Below, piece by piece: positions 27,569 to 39,500 of a stretch of 64,000 nucleotides of DNA (the stretch's first letter is position 1; each line of letters opens with the position of its first letter). The DNA comes from an uncultured Pseudomonadales bacterium (GTDB lineage Bacteria; Patescibacteriota; Microgenomatia; UBA1400; UBA12028), in contig CAZWPK010000001.1 in assembly GCA_964635905.1 (NCBI GenBank), positions 68,894-132,893 of the forward strand, read 5' to 3'. The notes under the pieces were generated by a model. That model did not search any database, was not told where the DNA came from, and saw only the letters and a list, made by a program, of their open reading frames with translations. A program made the position numbers and the translations under genes.

Positions 27569-30500
27569 CAGTTAAACTCCACATCCTTACTCAAGGCTTG
27601 GTCCAGCGTGACCGTAAACCCACCCACGGTAGTAGTTGTCTCGTCTTGACCTTGTTTGCCAGAGACATACAAGACTTGGTTATTCGTACTGCTCGTTGGT
27701 GTGATATAGATTAACGAGTCCGAGGACACTTGAGTGGTATAAATAATGACATCGGTTTGTCCTTGCTTCAAGACGGCTTTTCCAGTACTTGCGTTTGTTG
27801 CCGATCCACTCGCTGTGGTTGGGGCGCTCAAGGTCAGTTTAGCAAAAGTTGCAGATCCACTGGCATCAATAGAGGCAACTTCTGTCATCCCGCTCTTGAT
27901 GGCAAGTTTGCCACTTTCACTGGAAAGAACCCCACTCTCACTAGCCAGTTGAATCCCTAAAATCTTGGATTCCGGAGCAATCAAGGTTGTTGACAGTTGA
28001 CCCTGGACGGTCACGTCTTGGGTAAAGAGAGCGTCGGTTGTCACCACTAATCCACCTTCGCGATTAAGGGTGAGAGCCCCAGCTAACAGATCTAAGGTTC
28101 CAGTCCCGGTAGCTTGGACATAAAGGGTCGACTCGGTGTCGGAAATAAGATTAATCGAGTTTTTGTCAAATGCCATACTGCTTCCTACAATGAGGGCCGT
28201 ATTGATGTGAGCATTGGTGATACTGGCCGTGCCTTGGACGTTTAAGTATTCGTTAGCAAAAACCGCATCGGCCGAAATCAGATCCGCAGAACTGCTAGCC
28301 TCTGTATTCCAGTCGGCACTGTCGGAAAGCAGATCGGAGACAATCAATTTAATTTCTGGATTCAAACTCGCAAGCAATTCATCCTTTTGTTGTCCGGAGA
28401 TTGTGGAATCCTGAGCCAACAGGGATGAAATGGAAGCTTCTGCGGTAATTAGCCGATTTGCCATTTCGGTGATATTTTTAGCTGTCAAGTTTCCAGAGAT
28501 GGTGGCCTCGGCAGCCGTCAGAATTCCAGAGATGGAGGCTTCTCGAGTATCCACGCGCTCACTCTGGGAAACTAAGTATCCATTTTGTGCAATCGTATCG
28601 ATGACTAAGTTATGCAGACTCTTTCCCCCAACGGTTAACGTGTCTGTTTGAATCGACGAAGATTGAATAGTTCCAGCAATCAACGTGGTAAAGACATTAC
28701 TCGTAGACTCCACAATTTCGGAGAGGGAAGCGGCAATCGAACGAATCAGCGTTTTATTGGCTTCTGCTTCTGGATTACTGGCAAGTTGTGCTAATCCATC
28801 AGCAACCATTTGGCCTTGGTTATCCAGTGCCATCGTGGGATCAGCAAACGATGGATTCACATACACTAAGACGTCACGATCTCCAGAGCCTGGGGTCCAA
28901 GCTTCCAAGGCATATCCGATAATATAGCCTGGTTTATTGGCTTTGGTAGCGCGTCCCGATTGTGTCGAAGGTCGCAGCGGATCTCCGGGGCGAATGGAGC
29001 CTTCTTGATCGTCTAGTTTAACATCGAGCTGTCCAGTGAATCCAACCAAAGCATAACTGGCAGCAATTTGTTCATCGGTTTTCCCTTTAGGGTAGTTTCC
29101 AACAAAACCAGCGCGATTGGAGGTGATACCTAAGAGTTTGTCTCCGGACTGGAATCGACGCACTTTTCCAGTTTCATAGTTAATACCCACGACTTCATTA
29201 GTGGGCAGGTCGCCTTCCTTTTCAAAGTATTCTGCAAGGTCGGCACCCGTAGTTTGGAAGGCAGCTTCACCATAGACTGTTCCATCGGCTCGGACGCGGA
29301 AGACTGAAGCAGCATCAGAACGTGTTAAGGAATTGTACGCGGTAATTAAGTTGTAGGCAGTGGTAGATGATCCAGCCCCTTCAACAGTCAATACACCTGG
29401 ATCACCTTGGGCGCCAGCGGTTCCTACGTTGGTCATGGTGATCGCTCCCGTGTTTCCGTTACGCACCAATAATGAGATGGTATCCAGATCATTGGTGGTG
29501 ATAAATCCACCCGCCACATTAAGATCAGTGGCGGTTGTGCCGGTTACCGATGTGGAGGTGTTACTAACCACAAAGTTCCCCGTACCTGTTAGGTCGGCGA
29601 CGATATCGCCTCCATTGTAGGTGCGTAGAGTCAAGTCGTTACTCTCATAATTTTCTCCGGCTTCAATGTAGAGCGGAGCCTTGGACTTGATAGAAGATGT
29701 CGTTTGATTGGTAAACTGCAAATCATATGCCATTGAGACATCCCCAGGGGCATTAAAGGCGACTGGTAAGGCGGCAGTGATAGCAGTCTCAGAGACAGAG
29801 AAGAGAGATGAGGCCGTGTCAGCAACCGAGAACAAGTTGCCACTGGTACTGCCATTGGTGCCAATGTTGATTCGGAAGAGATCTCCAGTGGCAGACGTTG
29901 CCGATCCCGGACTCCAATCGAAGTTGGCTAAGAAACCGGAAGTAAAGGCTGTAGAGGTAGAGGCGAGGGAGAGACCGGTACCGGAGGAGAGGGCATTAAC
30001 GCTGAGCGCTAATCCAGTCCCTGTAGCCGTTGCAGACTGAATGAGCATACCGGAGGTACCAGCGGTGACTAATTCCAATCGATCATCAGTGGCTTCATCA
30101 TAGCCCAAGGTCCAATCTTGATCCAAGCCGAAAGCAATTCCATTGTCGTCACCCAAGAACAACTGCTCCCATTCCGCAGCTGCAGATCCTAGTGAATTTC
30201 CTTCGGCGGCGCCAGCTGTCAAGTTGGTGGCATTCAGGGCTAGTTCGGCAACAGAATTGATGTAGAAGGTAGCGGTATCTGCCGTGGCTTCTCCTAAATC
30301 GATGTTTTCACCACCTGCAGTGGTAATGTCACCACCGCCTACACTCAAATCTCCAGAGACTGCTGTGGTTGGTGCGGTAATGGTAACAGTTCCATCCGTA
30401 TCGTTATCAATTTTTTCTCCATTCGCAAAGGTGATATCTCCACCAACCCCTGAAAGTGTTAATCCTGTGGTCCCGGAAATGGTAGTATTTCCAGACAGCG

Positions 30501-33500
30501 TGAGATCTCCACCAGAGGGAGCGATGGTCAGATCCCCGTTCGTATCGGTGGTCAAGTCGGAGTAGGTAGACCCATCAGCATAGGTTAGTCGTAATTGAGA
30601 ACCGGAGGTAGCTAAGACATCGAGTTTTCCATCCGGTCCGGTGGTTCCGATTCCCACATTTCCAGAGGTGTTGATCGTTAAGAAGGCATTGGTACCTGGT
30701 GTTGTTCCATCACCAATCTGGAAAAGGTCGTCATCATCCGACCCTGCATCTTCTTGAACACCTAACCAGAAATCGGTATCGGTGGCTGTCTTCGTATCCA
30801 AAATAATGTTGGGATCTGCAGAGTTGATCACCACATCTCCGGTTCCTTGGAAATCAAAGACGGCATTTCCAGTTCCATAGGTTTGGAAGGAAAGGTTGTT
30901 GTTTTCAAATGATTCACCAGCTTGCAGAATCAATGGTCCATAAGACTTGATATAGGCTGCTGTTTGATTGGTAAAGAGGAGATCGTAGGCCATCGAGACA
31001 TCCCCAGCTGCCGTAAAGGAAGTTGGGAGATTTGCAGTGATTGCAGATTCTGAGACCGAGAAGAGGGAAGAACCAGTGTCTTCAATATCAAAGAGATTTC
31101 CAGTTGTTGTCCCATTCGTACCAATATTGATTCTAAAGAGATCTCCAGAGGCTGTTGTGGCTGATCCTGGACTCCAGTCCAAACTTGCAAGACTTCCGGA
31201 AGTTAAGGCTGTAGATGTAGAAGAGAGAGCCAAACCCGTTCCGGAGGAGAGGGCATTAAAGGTGGTGGCAAGACCAGTCCCTGTAGCTGTTGCAGACTGA
31301 ATTAGCATACCGGAGGTACCAGCGGTGACTAATTCCAATCGATCATCAGTGGCTTCATCATAGCCCAAGGTCCAATCTTGATCCAAGCCGAAAGCAATTC
31401 CATTGTCGTCACCCAAGAACAACTGCTCCCATTCCGCAGCTGCAGATCCTAGTGAATTTCCTTCGGCGGCGCCAGCTGTCAAGTTGGTGGCATTCAGGGC
31501 TAGTTCGGCAACAGAATTGATGTAGAAGGTAGCGGTATCTGCCGTGGCTTCTCCTAAATCGATGTTTTCACCACCTGCAGTGGTAATGTCACCACCGCCT
31601 ACACTCAAATCTCCAGAGACTGCTGTGGTTGGTGCGGTAATGGTAACAGTTCCATCCGTATCGTTATCAATCTTCTCACCGTTGGCAAAGGTGATGTCTC
31701 CACCAACTCCTGAAAGAGTTAATCCTGTGGTCCCCGATACAGTCAGGTTTCCAGCTGCGGTAATCGCGCCAGCAGTTAACGTCATGGAATCGGAGGCAAA
31801 GGCGAGAGTTGGATCGGTAGCACCTGCATCAAAGGTCCAGGTAAATCCAGATCCGGATCCATAGGTGGTAGTGCCAACTTCGGTAGAATCCCAGGCAATG
31901 TCATCGGCGTTAATATCAATCGCGGTTCCTTCACCGACATTCAAGGTCACATCGCCGGTGATTCCACCACCCGTTAATCCGGAGCCAGCGACTACACTGG
32001 TAATATCTCCACCGGATCCTGCGATCGCCGCATCCAGGTCATCGAGGACATCTTGCACGGTTGTCGAAGCGGAATTACCAAACTCATCAAAGACGCCAAC
32101 TAACGAAGCTCCAGAAGTAATATTGTCTGTTCCCACATCATTGAGGCCAATGGCACCGATGGTTAAGTCTCCACCGGTATTGATGGTGAGATTCACGACA
32201 TCCGAGACAGTACCGGTGTTAATATCGATACCATTAATTGTTTCAGCAGTTGCTGCGGTGATGGCTCCGGAGGCATCAACTTGGAAGGCGTTTGCGGTAC
32301 CAGAGATTAATGTTCCCGATACATCCAAGTTTCCAGTGATTCCAGTAGAACCAGCAGTAATGGTGAGGGCATCGGAGGCAAAGGCGAGTGTTGGGTCGGT
32401 AGCACCTGCATCAAAGGTCCAGGTGATTCCTGATCCACTTCCGAATGTGGTAGTTCCTAGTTCTGTGGAATCAAAAGTCACGGTGGGACTCCAGGCTTCT
32501 CCAGCGGAACCAGAGACATCGATGGCTGTTCCTTCCGTGAGTCCGGCGATATAATTCCCAGTGGTGTCGGTGCCGAGGGCAACCGAGTCTGAAGCAATGG
32601 TGAGTGCGGTTGTATTAGCTGCACCCAAAGTCGCAGTCACATCACCGGTGAAGGTGTGACCAGAGAGAAGTACCGTACCTGTTAAGTCAGGGAAGGTAAT
32701 GGTCTTGTCCGCACTCGTTGCATCGGCAACGGAGAAGTACGTTTCAATCGTGTTGGCAGTGGCCCCTTCAAAGATGAGTCCTGACACACCAAACTTGGAT
32801 TCATTCGCCGCGAGGGTGTGATCTCCAGATAATGCTGCAGTGAAATCGAAGGCGATGGCATCCGCAGCAACACTAATTCCGGTTCCCGCTCCAATGTTGA
32901 GTGTTAATGCTCCAACTGTTCCACCACCTGTGAGCCCTGATCCTGCAGTGACTCCAGTTGTTGCATACGTTGCCACGTTGTTGGAGTCTACCAGCGTTCC
33001 GGATCGTCCATCGAGGAGTAAGAGTTCTGCTGTAGAGAGAGTTCCACCAGTAACGGTGACATTGTTGGATCCTAATGCCAACGTTCCAGCTGCAGTGATT
33101 GTGCCAGCCGTGAGGGTCAGACTATTGTTACCAGCAGCGAGGGTGGGATCGGTTACTCCAGAGCCATTCAAGGTCCAGGTGAAGTCAGAACCGGATCCAT
33201 AGGTGGTTGTTCCAACTTCCGTCGAATCCCAAGCGATATCATCCGCGTTAATATCGATAGCCGTGCCTTCACCAATATTTAAAGTGACATCTCCAGATAC
33301 TCCTCCGCCTGTTAATCCTGAACCAGCAGTCACAGAGGAGATATCTCCCGCCAAAGCTGTAGTGATCGAGGCATCGAGGTCATCTAAGACATCTTGAACG
33401 GTTGTTGAGGCTGAGTTTGCGAATTCATCAAAAGTTCCAACCAAGGATGAACCAGAAGTAATATTGTCTGTTCCCACATCATTGAGGCCAATGGTTCCGA

Positions 33501-36500
33501 TGGTTAAGTCTCCACCGGCGTTAATGGTTAAGTTCACCACGTCACTGACGGTTCCCGTGGTGATATCAATGCCATTAATTGTTTCGTTGGTTGCAGCAGT
33601 GAGTGTCCCAGTTGTATTTAGGTTTCCGGAAGCATCAACTTGGAAGGCGTTTGCGGTGCCAGACGTCAGAGTACCCGAGACATCAAGATTTCCAGTGATT
33701 CCAGTAGAACCAGCCGTAATGGTGAGAGCATCCGAGGCAAAGGTAAGCGTAGGATCGGTAGCACCAACATCAAAGGTCCATACTACTCCAGAGCCGGATC
33801 CGAATGTTGTCGTTCCCAATTCCGTAGAGTCAAAGGTCACGGTGGGACTCCAACCTTCTCCCGGAGTTCCAGAAACATCGATAGCGGTGCCTTCGGTTAA
33901 GCCCGCGACATAATTACCCGTTGTATCAGTTCCTAAGGCTACAGAATCGGAGGAGATGGTGAGGGCGGTGGTGTTGGAGGCTCCAAGTGTAGCTGTGATG
34001 TCCCCAGTGAATGTATGACCGGATAAGAGAACGGTTCCTGAGAGGTCAGGGAAGGTAATGGTTTTGTCACTGGTGGTTGGATCCGTGACAGTGAAATAGG
34101 TTTCGATCGTGTTTGTGGTTGCTCCTTCAAAGATCAAGCCGGACTGACCAAACTTCGCGTTGTTGGCTGAGAGAGTGTGATCTCCAGAGAGGGCAGCGGT
34201 GAAATCAAAGGCAATATCATTCGCGTTCACAGCAATGCCGGTTCCAGCACCGATATCAAGGGTTAAGGCTCCGACGGTTCCACCCCCAGTTAAACCGGAT
34301 CCGGCAGTGACACCGGTTGTGGCATAGGTTGCCACATTGTTGGAGTCTACTAAGGTACCAGATCGACCATCGAGGAGCAATAATTCTGCTGTGGAAAGTG
34401 TTCCACCTGTAATCGTCAAATTGTTCGAGCCTAGAGCTAGAGTTCCTGCAGTGGTTATGGTTCCAGCAGTCAGTGTCATGGTGTCGGAGCCAAATGCGAT
34501 TGTTGGGTCGGTTGCACCCGCATCAAAGGTCCAGGTGATTCCTGATCCGGATCCATAGGTCGTTGTTCCCACTTCGGTAGAATCCCAGGCAATATCATCC
34601 GCATTAATATCAATCGCAGTTCCTTCTCCAACATTTAGGGTCACATCTCCAGAAACACCTCCTCCGGTCAACCCAGATCCCGCAGTTACCGATGAAATAT
34701 CTCCAGCTGCCCCAGCTGTGATGGCAGCATCTAAATCATCCAAGACATCTTGCACGGTGGTTGAGGCAGAGTTTCCGAATTCATCAAAAACACCAACTAA
34801 CGATGCACCAGAAGTAATGTTGTCGGAACCGACGTCATTTAATCCGATCGTTCCAATCGTTAAATCCCCACCCGCATTCACCGTAAGGTTGACGACATCC
34901 GTGACTGTCCCGGAAGAGATATCGATGCCATTGATGGTTTCTGCCGTGGCAGCGGTGATGGCTCCAGAGGCATCCACTTGGAAGGCATTTCCGGTTCCAG
35001 ATGTCAGTGTTCCAGAAATATCGAGGTTTCCGGCGATCGCGGTAGATCCAGCCGTGATCGTCAAAGCGTCAGATGCAAAAGCAAGCGTAGGATCGGTAGC
35101 TCCCACATCAAAGGTCCAGGTGATTCCTGATCCACTTCCGAATGTGGTCGTTCCCAATTCCGTAGAGTCAAAGGTCACGGTGGGGCTCCAAGCTTCTCCA
35201 GCAGTGCCTGAAATATCGATCGCAGTTCCTTCGGTAAGTCCTGCTACGTAGTTACCGGTTGTATCGGTACCTAGTGCCACGGAATCGGCCGCAATGGTCA
35301 GTGCGGTTGTGTTACTTGCTCCCAAGGTTGCAGTCACATCACCGGTGAAGGTATGTCCCGACAATAGTACTGTTCCTGACAAATCGGGGAGAGTAATGGT
35401 CTTGTCGGTTGTGGTTGGATCTGTAACTGCTAGGTAGGTTTCAATCGTGTTGGCAGTGGCACCTTCAAAGATGAGTCCTGATTGACCAAACTTGGATTCA
35501 GTGGCGGCTAGTGTGTGATCTCCAGAAAGAGCAGCAGTGAAGTCAAAGGCAATCGCGTCAGCGACAACACTAATTCCAGTTCCAGCACCAATATCCAACG
35601 TGACGTCTCCGCTTACTCCGCCGCCTGTTAATCCAGATCCAGCAGTCACGGAGGAGATATCTCCTGCAGAAGCTGTGGTGATGGCAGCATCTAAGTCGTC
35701 TAGAACATCTTGGACGGTTGTTGAAGCGGAATTACCGAATTCATCGAATACTCCAACCAAGGATGCACCGGAGGTAATATTATCTGTTCCGACGTCGTTC
35801 AAGCCAATAGCGCCGATCGTTAAGTCACCACCAGCATTTATCGTCAAGTTGACCACATCCGACACCGTTCCCGTGGTGATGTCGATCCCATTAATTGTTT
35901 CGTTGGTTGCAGCCGTTAATGTGCCTGTGGTGTTTACATTTCCCGAGGCATCAACTTGGAAGGCGTTCCCGGTTCCCGATGTGAGCGTTCCCGATACATC
36001 CAAGTTGCCTGCGACTGCTGTGGATCCAGCTGTGATGGTGAGGGCATCGGAGGCGAACGCTAAGGTAGGATCTGTCGCACCAACATCAAATGTCCAGGTT
36101 ACTCCAGAGCCAGATCCAAAAGTTGTTGTACCAAGTTCGGTAGAGTCGAACGTTACGGTGGGACTCCATGCTTCACCTGCGGAGCCAGAAATATCAATGG
36201 CAGTACCTTCGGTTAATCCTGCAACATAGTTTCCAGTGGTGTCTGTCCCTAGTGCTACAGAATCGGCGGCAATCGTTAACCCCGTCGAGTTATCAGAATC
36301 GAGTGTTGCGGTCACATCACCAGTAAATGTGTGGCCTGAGAGTAGTACAGTACCGGACAGATCAGGGAAGGTGATGGTTTTGTCAGAGGCTGTGGGATCG
36401 GTGATGGCAAAGTAGGTCTCAATCGTGTTCGCGGTTGCGCCTTCAAAGATCAAACCTGATACACCAAATTTGGATTCGTTGGCGGCCAGTGTGTGATCTC

Positions 36501-39500
36501 CAGATAATGCTGCAGTGAAATCAAAGGCGATCGCGTCAGCCGCTACACTGATTCCAGTTCCAGCACCAATGTTGAGTGTTAATGCGCCAACAGTCCCACC
36601 ACCGGTGAGTCCGGATCCTGCGGTAACTCCGGTGGTGGCATAGGTTGCCACATTGTTGGAGTCTACTAAGGTACCTGATCGACCATCGAGGAGCAATAAT
36701 TCTGCTGTGGAAAGTGTTCCACCCGTAACCGTCAGATTGTTGGATCCAAGAGCTAACGTTCCTGCTGCCGTAATGGTTCCTCCAGTGAGTGTGATGCTAT
36801 CGGAGGCAAAGGCAATCGTAGGATCGGTTGCCCCTGCATCGAATGTCCAGGTGATTCCCGATCCCGATCCAAAGGTCGTCGTTCCAACTTCCGTCGAATC
36901 CCAAGCGATATCATCCGCGTTAATATCGATAGCCGTGCCTTCACCAATATTTAAAGTGACATCTCCAGATACTCCTCCGCCTGTTAATCCTGAACCAGCA
37001 ACGACGGAGGTAATATCTCCAGCACCACCGATACCGGTAACATCGATCCAACTTAAGACTCCGGCGCCATCCGTAATCAAGACCTGGTTGGAACTTCCAT
37101 CGTTAGTTGGGAGGGTGTAGGTTACATCTTGGGTTTGGGTTCCAGTTTGGAACACGGTGGAATAGGCATTGTCACCATTGGAGATCAAAGCTAATTTTCC
37201 AGGGACGTTACTACTACCACTGCCAATGTCGGTTCCGATGGTGATTCCTGTTGCTCCGGCGACATGGAGTGCAGAGGAGGGTGTTTGGGTTCCAATTCCT
37301 ACGTTGGCGGCAATGATGTTGACCTCATCCGTCGCTTGATCATCAAACTCAATGCGTCCTGCAGAAGCACCCAATCCTAACCAGTCATCATCCGCAGTGG
37401 CATCGGTAAACACGTCGCCAGTTGCCATCGAACCGACAGTAGTGATGTCGCCAGTTCCAGCACCAATTCCAGTTACCGATTGCCAAGAGAGAACGCCACT
37501 CCCATTGGTAGTGAGCACATAATCACTGGTACCGTCATCCACGGGTAAGGTGAGGGAATAACTACCTGTTTGAGAGGCGCTTGGTTGGAGAGTCACTGAG
37601 TAATCGGTAGCTCCAAGTTCGTTGTAAACAACGATTGATCCGTCTGTTCCATTACTTCCAAAAGTTGCAGTTCCACCGTTCACCGCGAGTGTACCAGACG
37701 TAGAAATGTTTCCAGAACCATCAACTTGGAATGCATTAGCGGTTCCACTTGCTAATGTTCCTGAGACATCGAGATTTCCAGTAATCCCTGTTGAAGTTGC
37801 TGCAATGGTGAGCGCATCGGAGGCAAAGGTAAACGTCGGATCGGTGGCTCCGACATCAAAGGTCCAGACGACTCCAGATCCTGAACCGAACGTGGTTGTT
37901 CCCAGTTCGGTGGAATCAAAGGTCACGGTGGGACTCCAAGCTTCTCCGGCAGTTCCAGAAACATCGATGGCTGTGCCTTCGGTTAAGCCCGCGACATAAT
38001 TACCGGTTGTATCGGTACCTAGTGCCACGGAATCGGCTGCGATGGTGAGGGCGGTGGTGTTACTTGCCCCTAAGGTTGCAGTCACGTCGCCAGTGAACGT
38101 GTGGCCAGAGAGAAGTACCGTACCTGTGAGGTCAGGGAAGGTAATGGTCTTGTCTGCACTCGTTGCATCCGCAACCGAGAAATACGTTTCAATCGTATTG
38201 GCCGTCGCACCTTCAAAGATAAGCCCCGAGACACCAAACTTTGATTCGTTAGCGGCTAGTGTGTGATCTCCAGAAAGAGCAGCCGTGAAGTCAAAGGCAA
38301 TCGCGTCAGCGGCTACACTGATTCCCGTTCCCGCTCCGATATCCAGGGTGACGTCGCCGGAAGCTCCGCCGCCAGTGAGTCCTGATCCAGCCGTTACAGA
38401 AGAAATATCTCCAGCAGCTCCTGCGGTAATGGCGGCATCTAAATCATCCAAGACATCCTGAACGGTAGTGGAATTGGAATTGGTAAACTCATCAAAGACT
38501 CCAACCAGTGAGGAACCGGAGGTGATGTTTGTTGTACCCACATCGTTTAAGCCGATCGTTCCAATCGTTAAATCTCCACCGGCATTGACGGTGAGGTTGA
38601 CGACATCCGTAACAGTTCCGGTGTTGATATCAATCCCATTGATGGTTTCATCGGTGGCGGCACTGATGGTACTGGCTGTGACAATGGCACCAGCCGTTGA
38701 AATAGACCAATCATCCCCACCTGTTAACGCCAGCGTTGTAGAAGCGTTGTTGTTCCCAATCGTAATCACATCCGCAGCTGTACTGTTGGTTGCGATGTTA
38801 ACGGTATCTGCAGCAGAGGAGCTGACACCCGCAATATCGATCGTCTTTCCGGTGGTGTTGTCCCCGATGTTAATTCTCCCCGTTCCTTCAATCAAAATAT
38901 CATTGCGGACATCGGTGTTATTGGCGATGACAAAGTTATCGGCATCCACACTGATGTAATAATCTTCAGCTGCAGAAGTGGTGTCATTAAAATAGAGGGT
39001 AGGATCAGCCTGTTGGAATGAATGATCACTGGTCCACACAAAGGCATAGGCCTGATCAACGGCAACGCTATCCGTTGCAACGGTAATTCCATTTCCAGCT
39101 CCAACATCCAAGACTCCGGTAGTCAAGGTAAGTCCATTTCCGGCAGTGGTACTGGCCAGCTCTAGTGCGGCTGTCCATCCTTCCCCAGCAGTTCCGGTTA
39201 CGGTAATTCCATTGGTACCAGTGACGTTGGCGACATAATTTCCGGTTGTATCGGTACCTAGTGCCACGGAATCGGCTGCGATGGTGAGGGCGGTGGTGTT
39301 ACTTGCCCCTAAGGTTGCAGTCACGTCGCCAGTGAACGTGTGGCCAGAGAGAAGTACCGTACCTGTGAGGTCAGGGAAGGTAATGGTCTTGTCTGCACTC
39401 GTTGCATCCGCAACCGAGAAATACGTTTCAATCGTATTGGCCGTCGCACCTTCAAAGATAAGCCCCGAGACACCAAACTTTGATTCGTTAGCGGCTAGTG

